From a virus, in the IMG/VR virus record IMGVR_UViG_3300025073_000006: 64,000 bases of DNA, one strand, 5' to 3'. Each line of letters opens with the position of its first letter. The stretch's first letter is position 1. The position numbers were made by a program, and so were the translations under genes. Of this stretch, positions 28,601-34,193 are shown piece after piece. The notes under the pieces are model-generated. The model saw only the letters and a list, made by a program, of their open reading frames with translations. It made no database searches and was not told the origin of the DNA.

Positions 28601-28821
28601 GGGTCGCCGGGCGCCTCCTGCCGTTCGATGGGGCTGAAGTCGTCATCGTCGTCATCGTCGTCGTCGACGCCCACGTCAAGGGGCGCGACCGCGGCCCGAT
28701 CCATGGGTTCGTCGATCGGCTCGGCGCGCATCCGGTCGACCATCGCCTCAGCCTCGGAGCGAGGGAGCTTCGTGCGGGCCATGAGGTCGCGGATCGTGCG
28801 CTCGCGGTCGGTCGATGCCAT
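13630..28821 (-). CDS. Giant polyvalent virion (ejection) protein, 5,063 aa
   Basis: Single uninterrupted ORF. HEVGVH (26017-26034), ComF-like PRTase (VFLVDNVVSTGATF, 25204-25245), two ART-like modules (YHG 25018-25026, FHG 18619-27), duplicated module with H[VI]EEVQSD (23272-98, 20047-73), HENGH (17752-66), poly-Asp run (28639-65), C-terminal region with TM-like segment. Confidence 0.9.
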   Translation of the reverse strand: MASTDRERTIRDLMARTKLPRSEAEAMVDRMRAEPIDEPMDRAAVAPLDVGVDDDDDDDDDFSPIERQEAPGDPPIAKSEPELRAALEDYAEARVKTRLESDRSLDEETVRREEWERIQRDISYAEGAETLPGFLLDAFEAKGTPRDNAGYVALRAMAPGMVKTGRPEGEVWTAEKATAAGIERAADYEDNLRDGPRAVLAAIKRATWDRLEPPEGAEIPEGSAIASVIRDTWSSILDSEEGMARRARGEEPIAPWNHPRKDEALAEIKEGLKPVELRTITVAGEVAADADPEWGFLPNVMAPKAVRDLVRAVEGPVSPVVAKLLPEDAREAYEQLQRDGSRHNDLLTNAEIIEAAETTADLAPLFPALEIRNLPSGVWVGGEAPTMPRVVADGRRDGEDASPLVLELIADLDGIHATSDPTLRAAGKKGPDADRDEAVAAVWNRFWRRATLADLPKATLEQAITVDSMKAGVDANREAYERTGGAALDYAEEFLGAVSMSARGETTFGWAMRVPFGVPSAMAEEVVLAGVDWGLQRWGPSDYVPQRDFESAGWTARVLAGTETGETGWMFGMQNIGRGMGLAEDSWQWKFLNASGIIADFVFPGEDIALRGLGSGIRRGWVGAGLYRDLRGAGMTAALEGAWAGLAPEAVQIGRLLDAEDAAGRAKITIRDPLDAANHVTAKVMRDAVRKGMNPLDVMSKAQRENATTLIRHLTGQDEATVRKTLAEFGERAKVARSQTIDNWRARLDKVDPESLEMRASQGYAERLNAFEEMVRTGIIDDDTARMMLAYDEVTAWRRLEAGEITSLAGHFDDVQFRVADVQGPVQPGRMGLAEQRRGIGFVARNRPWEFGPRMESAEQARAIITERFGQDAQALLEAEQVVLVDDLDTLPDGLKSSDMRGVKGVFHEGKTYLNVREMSEGEVARVLLHEVGVHAGMATMLGGKAAELALIDRVDALLKKNTVLAAEVARTAEAGVDGDPGPARDLAVRRERLAYLVEFHPDTPLVRRLLAQIRAWIYRTFGTLRKYLDLTEADIQALAVASLRQQAGLARKGVFEETGGVAASPRFSKRADAAELPDDAIIGVPYNEGRTVAHAIKNGSPESIDAAADLLAPRVPKGAVLVPVPSSKGDTTVNLALAQAIAERSGATVADVLTGEARARSYDRKVSGGPDMLASEMTMRLRENATVPEGRVFLVDNVVSTGATFKAARTALGGDASIIAYAAAEDPFARARDAWTSLKTDSPWFKRWFGDSKVVDDKGQPLVVYHGTDAADIDAFDRAKSGKGPSKVGFWFTDDGEFASMFGDSTMPVYLKIANPLVLTQGKWNSLREAHGGDTAWWSTWREKQIAAGHDGLIVASSAEQLGKFTVRNPMVVAAFEPTQIKSISNRGTFDPGDPRILYSRRGPEYDRWLQRTNEAIAAMPVTDGVSGPALLKALHEWGSDVGPSVNIGTADILADIERAAGLEPGFMRDPAHDRRFWEGEIATRLMAADPELRAEWERFYAEADVEYGPALFSRRAQDTFYSAVERSVDDAFGAAKQMKGRSLVASLKKRPGVKQSELDWLGIEAWAAGRGVVTREEVRAFVKSNRVEIEEKVLGGKSPRAEAAKTAMQEVHRRKVAAEAKVRSAVEGIAIYPSQQDTRIMGVYMDGAQPMIDLNNGTRIGPSEVSDLLHRLNKYVEAYAFEEALTDYLLASSEWQDARREVELAYGAITKPQYDAHVLPGGENYREVLLRLNPGGTPPEPLTTLPEGYEPIVDRNQPESRQWGITPPGQIHARPWNGLHPTREAAIADALGRVNSDRENQWRDQQPTYQAPHFSGMSENLLAHLRVNDRLGPKGERLLHVEEVQSDWAADVRKKGVRGDEADTGLPVEVQPEDLSVAETEYQWIVSHPDGREVKVGKGTVGRDEAPSYGARVLNRERLDMQREIAVKNSERVPPTPFPQDWHELTMKVALRMAVEDGYDGVTWTTGKTQQDRYDLAKRVREVAYDPNGETLLAYDHDGKTVINKTVGIDEIDEYIGEKPGAKLREEVKRREYDRNSLFEVVEHPDDPDAFAIINTNGDYTLDMNHPDFAPERFVDRAGAEERINYDLVQEDESQGYPSISGLDLKIGGKWAEHLYDGMIPGFLKRYAAKWDAKPGMTDIQVPIAKDTSFAHDRSEKVHHLPVTDAMRESIAEGQPQFSRRNFDALAFGTEPPREGLYDEVVTAGHRAAWDGVGMDELPESTYTGATALDLARFRGRYRPEVAQADTGAMAPREQAATTTPLPDLALPGEWADMEVTEIDVRGGDTVSERTRARFSRRAEDDYAGEHRPTGPEEGAPLHDLTGAGVVYPDDVYGPNGVRYYGTGDEVLDRQAFAIARAMKGRPDAKVTIYRAVPKDNAERVGDIEHRMARILKRGASDPGEYDRLGAELERLRQAPPNEARRINPGDWVTITKAYAKDHGESALRGDYTILSARVKAADIFTNGDSIHEWGYWPDGQRPQFSRRVDPAPIWYSGLRRAVEGLKQDRFTPDQLRGALGKWQVKERVPEVKDGKPVMKGNEPVMRDGKMLATYPLNQGAEAEAHAARVGGVASFAGPAGVKVDEVKWTRLNEFLEGKKTVTKAEVLAYLDKNKVELGEVVLGTPSSALMDRYNVDPSDMEDAIEKARDVERKVARDARRAASRGRDAVAALRRGWQDIDNAKDYLDESVSIENNYGDSPTWEPVRSLLEDLIQRADDQHDAAVDALEDAEPDATDTSDVPDARLTDDEIAQLEAAVESAALNWTGLDWDEYVDVRTRDGEHERIDVSELLQDGTFAPSEGPAQYASLVLSGDSENYRELLFKMPRGLLLRMTQANMDLRIARLRRQVEEGVLIANQTGVWPQGHRDAQLRLAKAQDDRISPPPYRSSHFPASGEGENLLAHVRFNDRVGPNGEKILHIEEVQSDLHQAGREKGYKTQELPGEMEQALRARETVALAERTAAHQAQLDAIEAYESAANAVTQYETTTPRPRNMPSDAPPEQVEQWTRDTQAWADAAGDIFDRKREAISALRRAFDQRFELAGGAPNVPSGLYLGGRLMTPDDLRAMADRQLERSEAARDEWARNEFDAFNANRVPDAPFAKTWHEMVLKRMLRFAAENDYDAVSWTTGVQQVKRYEDQVRKVVDEIRWRKEPMSPYLWRDARETRAMDEYGEPWSVLTPKEQAAITASMGPGAESRIVIEAIKDGRVVHNDAKSATEMKGVIGGDMVKAIMASPEQSGSLKGPDLTVGGQGMIGFYDKMLPAWMNKYAAKWGARVEVGDIGLTRDMPAENWHVFRQSTGEDVAQFGTEQDAASYVSRAAQDGDPDLAGLDYAQTTRIADPVHMIRLTPEMRRSVLEQGQAQFSRRAPSTPEFQEWSRGLPVINFDDVEAIPEGGAIVRAFHGSRFDNIDEFRQQDTAYGYFFSPDARTADFYRGGGDGVGRRYEVYLRMENPADFNDPAVFEAVAKEAIWDDDSGRVVLGRYGEMRNMENSDFREWLAAEATKLYGSDAAVKAWVDDLAEQAGEPLVGNPDALRDAIDYDAIDEYDIENTLLSESPALKAALDEAMPVRSREIDAARAAHNEGSQNWYMNYQDDFVKAAEHMGYDSVVMTDPSPEGAPISFVVFKPEQIKDIANERPTSDPRITHSRRAPGAPLTGQFFGAAGTGTPGNARWLLEFFRGADWRTLLHENGHLLQEFIGEDGRALLAVYYDSLPQHMVDDIHQRANAGESPAQIATALGLETHVEDMNGTRIEPDVLTVENVLRATPGEPVLTRLGMDQAADAFRRYVELRMQPTGALGRAVAEVGERLRETWAQFRGQQVELPAEVRASWDRLLRPEGVAQRRLVVIGEAGRPDFPIVRVDPGPEYAVEEKIRKAGQAREAKRTAVRDEELLQELGLEVGDQVPLDELVSKVAAYMVVEDARKWMIGVDMVTLTPRTVIPKARLGRVRKAALSRLAGALGDTPANLVATAREGDASVRLTPAQQSGLRIYARQLASEPIATIYGRSLVPERLLDPAANLDTITFAEVNRLQELALDVEAGAATRRTRRTASVSPSAAAAFVDVLGRAIPSKLKNTLTKAFIVERPMAGYPDPHVQDIVERHSRELGGAQDWVRNGVRAQRAMRPWYSRMGFKDVGSIMESLRGVANELTPPVARNGHDVGIVDILFAQHQALSGDAPNVDAILNPVRLVALQDALDSWRHGLSPEEEAALRILDSYRGRTAVNLAPAELLDVEDAVSRIAVGLGDRVRVVELRANEIAIILTGSSEANILATLQWYDRVALYKAFYEGRWLPEHGPQVPLPNRPPTLFDIMAGMGRATGLADKSLWRRIKDAVQGRRTFKMDPNVALAEAIVRMRAHDILGRMADELAEYGLLGPERGRDVDVGLPLRDRFYDHVVAALNARVAWNDSTALDQYTGSVVRRGPPAPHQDLPTVDRRRLAGPPGAFHGHPDMAALLYADDLMDRWGWKRGEGLWTAMDLDGRRIMVPQMFQEQIKLALDEAATVGTARRSGQVVGTIAPLREPAPGAAVGSRAALHAENALLVVFDAVPKLFSRIKVGMVVGILVPNVFSYIGNILDGQWQWFQRDGLRAVFGAQVNPARQKLVKDVFIGLWGEQRAIEGRGVLVTKDGRVYSAEQLRQMARSYGLNSSFVHAESARALTDDIRREHRTWIENVLLPFEWWQEQLVSAYTAIDNYGRLHVFFDHLAKGADPAEAAAAARMALYDYGNMTDFEQRVMRQVSLFYAYERANQTLFWWTLLNHPSRVAGQVRLIRDMQQLYLEDEYRIVRPENYERQLMVAYRRFIEDGVRVDVRGVDVEADPLRRLGLAFVTRQQPAVDGFTLWGEIISWALSAFDDPKAAARVANRLPPWWQAPIVSATRVDPSTSYNIDSGNFNTVPPWFIALDRALTGGLIVDDFLGVRPVDEPDPAKRYDVDIPYRWVVGQGNELRWWGIQNLGHALPGMGRGISTMQALDRSFDHGPVERLVRGTLATREALGLTPGKTHPYIRETLEGPRVGRTPGDELVGFFIAKPILVDTAQELRRRDTQRAAGKAGADKRELKRADNP
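17925..18640 (-). other. ART-like module 2 inside the giant protein
   Basis: VRAFHGSRFDNIDEF....GYFFSPD...ADFY...YEVYLRMENP...GYDSVVM....SFVVFKPEQIKDIAN. Confidence 0.45.
24660..25035 (-). other. ART-like module 1 (ART-PolyVal-like pattern) inside the giant protein
   Basis: VVYHGT..ADIDAFD....GFWFTDD...ASMFG..VYLKIANP...GHDGLIV....VVAAFEPTQIKSISN. Same pattern as module 2. Confidence 0.45.
25145..25470 (-). other. ComF/type-I phosphoribosyltransferase-like domain inside the giant protein
   Basis: VLVPVPSSKG...LALAQAIAERSG......R.......M.........EGRVFLVDNVVSTGATFKAARTAL. The PRPP-loop-like acidic-hydrophobic stretch followed by STGAT is typical of type I PRTases. Confidence 0.6.
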
Positions 28822-28833
28822 GTGCTGCCTCTG

Positions 28834-31662
28834 TTACGGCGCGGCCAGTGCGTCAGCTTCGGCGTACTTGGCGCGCATCTGCTCGATGGTAATCTGCTTC
28901 GCGTTGTACGCCTGCATCGCGTCCTTGCGGATCTGGGCCGCCCTGGCGATGTCGACCGGATCGGCTGGCAGGTACGTAGTTGTGCGCGGCTTGCGTGGGC
29001 CGGCGGCCTGGGCCTTGGGCCGCCGGGGTGCGTCGGCCGCACGGTCCATCGGCTCGACGGGCGCGGGCGCCGTCGGGGCCGCCCGCGGGGACAACTCAGC
29101 GGCCTCGGCTTCCACCTCCTCGATGGCCTCGGCGAGGGTCTGGAGCGACGTGAGCACCCGGTCGCGTTGCAACTCCAGGTCGTCGATGTCGGTCTGCCGG
29201 CTGGCCTTGGCGAGTTTGGCGTCGATGGCCGCCAGAGTCTTCGTGTGCTCAGCCTGCAACGACAGGATGTCCGGCATGTCGCCGTAGATGTCCGTCAGCG
29301 CCTTCGCCTTCGCGGACGCCGCGCGGTCGGCGTCAGTGGGCGGGGGTTCGGGCACAGGGGCCGGCGTGGGCATCGTCGCCGTCTGCCCCGACGGCACACC
29401 CTCAGTGGCCCGCCCCACGTCCGGGGTCCACGCTCGCGCTGCCTCGCCCTGCCGGCGGCGGTCGGTGGGGCTGACGACGTCCCATCCGGCAACCCGCGGG
29501 CCCACGCGGACATGGGGCAGCGGGCCCGCGGACCCCAACGGGGCACCGGAATTGGGCGGGCCCTCAAACGGCGCCAACCGCCCCCGTGCCGCCTCGTCTT
29601 TGAGGCGCTGAGCCTCGATGGCGTCCCTGCGGGTGTCGATGTCCTCGCGCGAGACGCTCTCCCGCTCGTCCGCGCCGAGGGCCCAACCCTGGCGAGAGAG
29701 GTTGAGCGTGTCGTTGCGAAGCCCCACCCTGTCACCGGCGTTGAAGTGCCGCCGCTCGATCTCGACGAGAGTGCGACCGAAGGAGCCGACGAGCTCGGGC
29801 GGCATCCCCTGCGTCATGCTGGTGATGTCGTAGATCCGCTGCACCGCCTCGTCGGTGTCGCCCGCCGCGTGGGCATCGGCCAGGGCGTTGGCGGCCACCT
29901 CCGAGAAGTAGACGTCGTCGCGGGCCCGGTCGTTGGCCGTCGCCGCCGCCGTGCCGAGATCGGCCACCACCTCGCCCATGACGTCCGCCCGGGGGCGCTG
30001 CGCTGGGTGCTGCCCGATCATCTTGACGATCGCGGCGGCCGCATCGCCCTTCGCGAGGGTCGCCTGGTCGCTGGTGGGGGTGCCCTCGGCGTCGAGGGCC
30101 ACGAAGTACACCGAGCCGTCCGCCCTCTGGAGGTAGCGGTAGGTCCCGTTGTCGTCGTCGACGACGCGGTCGGCCTGTCCCGTCGCCATCGTCAGCGCGT
30201 CGATCGCCTTCGCGAGGTTGTCGAACAGCGCCGGGGCGTCGGCGTACAGGCCGGGGTCCATGTCGAGCAGCGACGCGGTCGACTGCTTGAGCGCCAGGAG
30301 CCGCTGCCCGCCCTCGTCGACAGTGGCCGGGTCGGCGAGCAGGCCACGAATCGCGGCAAGTTCGTCGTACAGCCAGTCGTGGACGCCGGTGAGCCCGAGC
30401 ACCTTGTCCTCGTCACCTGCCCGGTTCGCAGCAGTGTAGGGGATGGGCAGGCCAGCCGGGGCGCCGGGCTCAAGTCGGTAGTCCTGGGACGCCTCCGCCG
30501 CTGCCTTCTCGGGGTTGCCGCGGTTGCGCAGGATGTAGGTGTCGGCCTCGCCCCGCACGACGGGATCGGTGTCGGCGCGCATGTCCAGGCCCGCCTGCAA
30601 GCGCCCCAGCCGTCCCAGCGAACCCCGGGCGGGCGTCTGGAACGGCGTCTCCAGCAGGTAGTTGAAGCCGTAGCCCGCGAACAGGTCGGCACCACCCTGC
30701 GCCCGGATCCGGGCCCGCTCGGCCACGAGGTCGTCGCGTCGCTTGCGGAGGTCGGCGAGTTCGGCCTCGCTCTGTTCGGCCCCCGGCTTGACGATGGTGT
30801 CGTACCAGTCCTGCCAGCTCCCCGCGCCGGACACGCCCACGCCCGGTCCGCCGCCACTCGTCCCGACGCTACCGCCGCTCCTGGCGCTTGAGGAACGCTC
30901 GCCCAGGCCGCCAACGCCGTGGCTCATCACCCGCTGCCGCCTGGCGGCGGCTGCCTCTGGCGACAACGGGCCGAACTGCGCCTCGGCCCACTCCACCGGG
31001 GTCCTCCCGCCGAAGTGCTCCTCGCCCCACCTGGTCGCTTCCGCGCCGGCCGCGCTCTCCGGCGACAGACTCGCCGCCGCGTTGAGGTAGAGCCCCACCT
31101 TGTAGCGCAGGGCCCTGTCCTGCACCGACCCTGGCTGGATGCCCTCCTCGGCCCGGATGCGCTCGTAGGTCTGCTTGGCCTGCTCGCGCGCCATCGCCGG
31201 GTCGTCCATCGACGCGACGTTCTTGACCATCTCGCCCAGGTGCGCCTCGGACTCGCTGGAGAGGTTGGCGATCTCGCGCTGCGCCGTGCGTTCCTCGGCG
31301 GCGATCTCCTCAAGGTCCACCTCGGCCCCGATCTTGGCGGCCTCGACGGTCGCTTGACCTCTCGCAGTCGCGGCGGCGACCATGCCCGCGCTGTTGGTGG
31401 CGACCTTGACGATGTCGCCGAACTTCGCGGACGCCGAGAGTCGCAAGTTGTCGCGACTCTTGATGATCTGTGCGATCTGCTTGTCGATGTCCCGGATCTC
31501 GTCGCTGAGCGCCTTGGGGTCCATCTGGGCGAGCCGCGCTTCCATCGTGGCGTTGAACATGCGTTGGCGCTCGCCGATGAACGCCGCCCAATAGGAGACG
31601 ATGGCGGGCGTGCCCATGTCGAAGTGGGGGTCGTAGGTCGGCCGGATGAGCGGGGTCGCCAT
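28834..31662 (-). CDS. Large internal virion / ejection-associated protein (942 aa)
   Basis: Track ORF immediately upstream of the giant gene. Long helical, charged regions. Function assigned by position only. Confidence 0.75.
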   Translation of the reverse strand: MATPLIRPTYDPHFDMGTPAIVSYWAAFIGERQRMFNATMEARLAQMDPKALSDEIRDIDKQIAQIIKSRDNLRLSASAKFGDIVKVATNSAGMVAAATARGQATVEAAKIGAEVDLEEIAAEERTAQREIANLSSESEAHLGEMVKNVASMDDPAMAREQAKQTYERIRAEEGIQPGSVQDRALRYKVGLYLNAAASLSPESAAGAEATRWGEEHFGGRTPVEWAEAQFGPLSPEAAAARRQRVMSHGVGGLGERSSSARSGGSVGTSGGGPGVGVSGAGSWQDWYDTIVKPGAEQSEAELADLRKRRDDLVAERARIRAQGGADLFAGYGFNYLLETPFQTPARGSLGRLGRLQAGLDMRADTDPVVRGEADTYILRNRGNPEKAAAEASQDYRLEPGAPAGLPIPYTAANRAGDEDKVLGLTGVHDWLYDELAAIRGLLADPATVDEGGQRLLALKQSTASLLDMDPGLYADAPALFDNLAKAIDALTMATGQADRVVDDDNGTYRYLQRADGSVYFVALDAEGTPTSDQATLAKGDAAAAIVKMIGQHPAQRPRADVMGEVVADLGTAAATANDRARDDVYFSEVAANALADAHAAGDTDEAVQRIYDITSMTQGMPPELVGSFGRTLVEIERRHFNAGDRVGLRNDTLNLSRQGWALGADERESVSREDIDTRRDAIEAQRLKDEAARGRLAPFEGPPNSGAPLGSAGPLPHVRVGPRVAGWDVVSPTDRRRQGEAARAWTPDVGRATEGVPSGQTATMPTPAPVPEPPPTDADRAASAKAKALTDIYGDMPDILSLQAEHTKTLAAIDAKLAKASRQTDIDDLELQRDRVLTSLQTLAEAIEEVEAEAAELSPRAAPTAPAPVEPMDRAADAPRRPKAQAAGPRKPRTTTYLPADPVDIARAAQIRKDAMQAYNAKQITIEQMRAKYAEADALAAP

Positions 31663-31665
31663 GAC

Positions 31666-32460
31666 CTACTCCGACGCGGGCGTGGTGCGGTACAGGCTGT
31701 TCGTCGCGGAGGTGTCCCGCCCGGTGAACGCCCTCATGTAGAAGATCTGCATCGTGGGGTCGGTGTCGCCCCAGTCCACCTTTTTGACGTGCTGCGCGGC
31801 GGCGACCTGGCCCGCGAGCCCGGCGACCTGGCCGATCCCCTGCGCGATAGCCTGCCTGCGCTCCTTGACGCGCTCCGACTTGTAGGCGGTGGCGCTGTCG
31901 GCGCGGTCGAGCTGGCGGCCCATCTCCTGGAGGCGGGCCATGGTGTTGGCCTGGTTGACGGCCAGCGCCGCCTCCTGCGCGGGGCGCGCGGCCCCCTCCT
32001 CCATCGTCCGGATGTCGGCGGCCGAGGTCGTGCCGCCCGTCGCGGCGATGCGTGCGCCGGCCGCCTGCTGGGCCTCGCGCTGGATGCCGCCGGCGCGAGC
32101 GAGCCCCTGCCTGTGCTGCTCCTCGATGATCTTGGCCTGCGGGGTGGCAGCGAGTTGGCCCTTGGCGTGGGCGGCGTTCAGCTTTTCCAGCTCGGCGTTG
32201 TTGCGGCGGTCCTGGTCGGTGTTCCACGCTGCCGCGGCGATCTGCGCGGTGGTCGCCGCGGCCGAGACGCCGAGGCCGATCCCGAGCTGCTTCGCGTACT
32301 GCTGGCGAAGCGCGACGTCGGGGCTGACGGCAGCGCGGTCCATCGGGGACAGCTTCTGCGGCGTGACCCCCGCCCCTGGCGCGATCGTGAACGACTGCGG
32401 CGCGTTGGGGTCCTCGTACATGATGGAGTAGGGATTCTGGGAGGGGCTGCTTGTTGCCAT
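31666..32460 (-). CDS. Internal virion protein (264 aa), Ala/Gln-rich
   Basis: Track ORF. Position and composition only. Confidence 0.7.
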   Translation of the reverse strand: MATSSPSQNPYSIMYEDPNAPQSFTIAPGAGVTPQKLSPMDRAAVSPDVALRQQYAKQLGIGLGVSAAATTAQIAAAAWNTDQDRRNNAELEKLNAAHAKGQLAATPQAKIIEEQHRQGLARAGGIQREAQQAAGARIAATGGTTSAADIRTMEEGAARPAQEAALAVNQANTMARLQEMGRQLDRADSATAYKSERVKERRQAIAQGIGQVAGLAGQVAAAQHVKKVDWGDTDPTMQIFYMRAFTGRDTSATNSLYRTTPASE

Positions 32461-32509
32461 GGTGTCATCCTACTTCCGTCAGGGGTGCGCCACCCGATAC
32501 CGCCAGGTG

Positions 32510-32911
32510 TCAGCCGCCGAACACGCCGCCATACCACGAGTCGAACTGGCCCCCGCCCGCGGCCCGGAGCATGGGGTCGTTGCCGCCACTCGCTGCCGCG
32601 ACGGGCCTCTTGAACGCGACCGCCTCAGCCTCCTTGGCGAGCCGGTTCTGCTCGTAGGTGGCCTGCCGCGCCAGCCTGTCGCGCTTCGCCTGGGCGGCCT
32701 CAGCCTCGTTGTAGGCGTCCTTGGCGCGCTTGGCCCCGAGGAGCCCGCCCGCGACGGCCCCGGCGACGGCGCCGACGACGCCACCCACAACGGTCCCGAT
32801 GGGCCCCGCCGCGGTTCCCACGGTCGCGCCGAGCGCCGCACCCTGCCCGGCACCGCTCAGCGCGCCCTGCGTGGCTCCTGCCCGTGCTGCCTCCTGTTCT
32901 TCCGTCGGCAT
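32510..32911 (-). CDS. Glycine-zipper membrane protein (133 aa)
   Basis: AGGAGG upstream of the ATG. GxxxG-rich hydrophobic core GPIGTVVGGVVGAVAGAVAGGLLGA. Confidence 0.65.
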   Translation of the reverse strand: MPTEEQEAARAGATQGALSGAGQGAALGATVGTAAGPIGTVVGGVVGAVAGAVAGGLLGAKRAKDAYNEAEAAQAKRDRLARQATYEQNRLAKEAEAVAFKRPVAAASGGNDPMLRAAGGGQFDSWYGGVFGG

Positions 32912-32920
32912 CGCGACCTC

Positions 32921-33754
32921 CTACACCGGCACCAGGATACCCGTGAACGTCCCAAAGAAGGTATCCGTATCCGCCCCGGTCTTCCCCTGGAGGCGCACGA
33001 TGGAGCCGGCCGGGATCGCCTCCACGCCCTCGAAGTCGAACGTGGACCACACGCCCGCCGCCACGCCCCACAGGGCGATGGTGCGCCACACGCTGCCCGT
33101 CGCCTTGACCTGGAGGCGTGCGGCACCGACCGCCGTGGTGTCGAGCATCCCGACGCGGGCCCGGTCGAGCACCAGGACGTAGCCCGTCGGCACCCGGTCC
33201 CAGGCGTGCTGGATCTCGCCGGTGAAGTCGTCGCTACTCGCCGTGAGCTTCGCCCAGGTCGTGCCCTTGTTCGCGGTCCCGAAGCTGATGACGCCTGCCT
33301 GTGCGGCGGCTGAACCCACCGAGGCGGGCCGGGCGTAGAGGATGGCGTCGTAGAGGTATGCCGAGGCGACGACGGTGGTGCCGTTCATGGACACCGTCTC
33401 CTCGACGAGGGCGCCCGTGGTCGCCTGGATGCCGCCCAGCGTGACGGTCCGCACCCCGGTCCCTGCTGCGGTGTCGGCAGCCTCGGCGCTCCACACGTAG
33501 ACGGTGGCGGCGCTTGGCTGAACCACCGTGCCGTCGCCCTGGTTGGCGATGTCCTTGTAGGCGGTCCCAATGCCAGCCAGGACGCCCGTGCGCCTCACCA
33601 CGAGGCGCCTGCCCGGGGAGCGCCCAGCCGCCACCGAGGCCCGGTCGAAGTCGCGCACGGCCCTGTCGCGGGTGACAGCCTGGATGGGCACGGCCACCTG
33701 GACGACGCGCACGTCGCTGGTGTCCTTGCGGCTCTGACCGTCACGCCACGTCAC
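32921..33754 (-). CDS. Virion structural protein (277 aa)
   Basis: Track ORF (GTG start) with beta-rich, protein-like composition. Confidence 0.7.
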   Translation of the reverse strand: MTWRDGQSRKDTSDVRVVQVAVPIQAVTRDRAVRDFDRASVAAGRSPGRRLVVRRTGVLAGIGTAYKDIANQGDGTVVQPSAATVYVWSAEAADTAAGTGVRTVTLGGIQATTGALVEETVSMNGTTVVASAYLYDAILYARPASVGSAAAQAGVISFGTANKGTTWAKLTASSDDFTGEIQHAWDRVPTGYVLVLDRARVGMLDTTAVGAARLQVKATGSVWRTIALWGVAAGVWSTFDFEGVEAIPAGSIVRLQGKTGADTDTFFGTFTGILVPV

Positions 33755-33771
33755 GATGCACCTCGGTCGCG

Positions 33772-33800
33772 TTGCAGCCCGTGATGGCGGGCGCTACCTT
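33772..33800 (+). promoter_or_regulatory. Putative promoter TTGCAG-N17-TACCTT for the lipoprotein moron
   Basis: Located 31 nt upstream of GTG 33831, on the strand opposite to the surrounding late genes. Confidence 0.3.
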
Positions 33801-33830
33801 GAGGGTGAACCGAGGATACGGAGGTGTCTC

Positions 33831-34163
33831 GTGATTCACTACCTGCTTGTGGCGGTTGTTCTGACGGCGTGCGACGACGCGGCCGACGAGGTGGAAGTCG
33901 AGGTCGTCGAGGAGTGCCCGACGTTCGAGGCTCGGGCGAACCGGTGTCCCAACGGCGACCCGGACTGCTGCGAGGCGGCCGGATTCGATGACTGCGGGTG
34001 GGGCATGTTCCCGGTCGCAGTGAGTCACGATCCGGACAGCGACTGCCAGCGCGCCTACTGTGCGGCGTACTCGGACAACGGGGCGGGGTGCTGCTCGAGC
34101 TCCAGCTACAACGACTACTTCTACAATTGCGACTGCGTGGGGTTCCACTACGAGGGCGAGTAG
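33831..34163 (+). CDS. Cys-rich acidic lipoprotein (moron)
   Basis: GTG 33831 follows GGAGG. Signal peptide with lipobox VIHYLLVAVVLTAC. The 97-aa mature part has 12 Cys. Only plus-strand gene inside the minus-strand structural block. Confidence 0.7.
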   Translation: MIHYLLVAVVLTACDDAADEVEVEVVEECPTFEARANRCPNGDPDCCEAAGFDDCGWGMFPVAVSHDPDSDCQRAYCAAYSDNGAGCCSSSSYNDYFYNCDCVGFHYEGE

Positions 34164-34193
34164 GATCATCGGTACACCACGCGCACGATGATC
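34164..34193. terminator. 8-bp inverted repeat GATCATCG..CGATGATC at the convergent gene junction
   Basis: Stem 34164-34171 pairs with 34186-34193 around a 14-nt loop. Starts 1 nt after the lipoprotein stop and overlaps the 3' end of minus gene 34166..34855. Confidence 0.3.
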
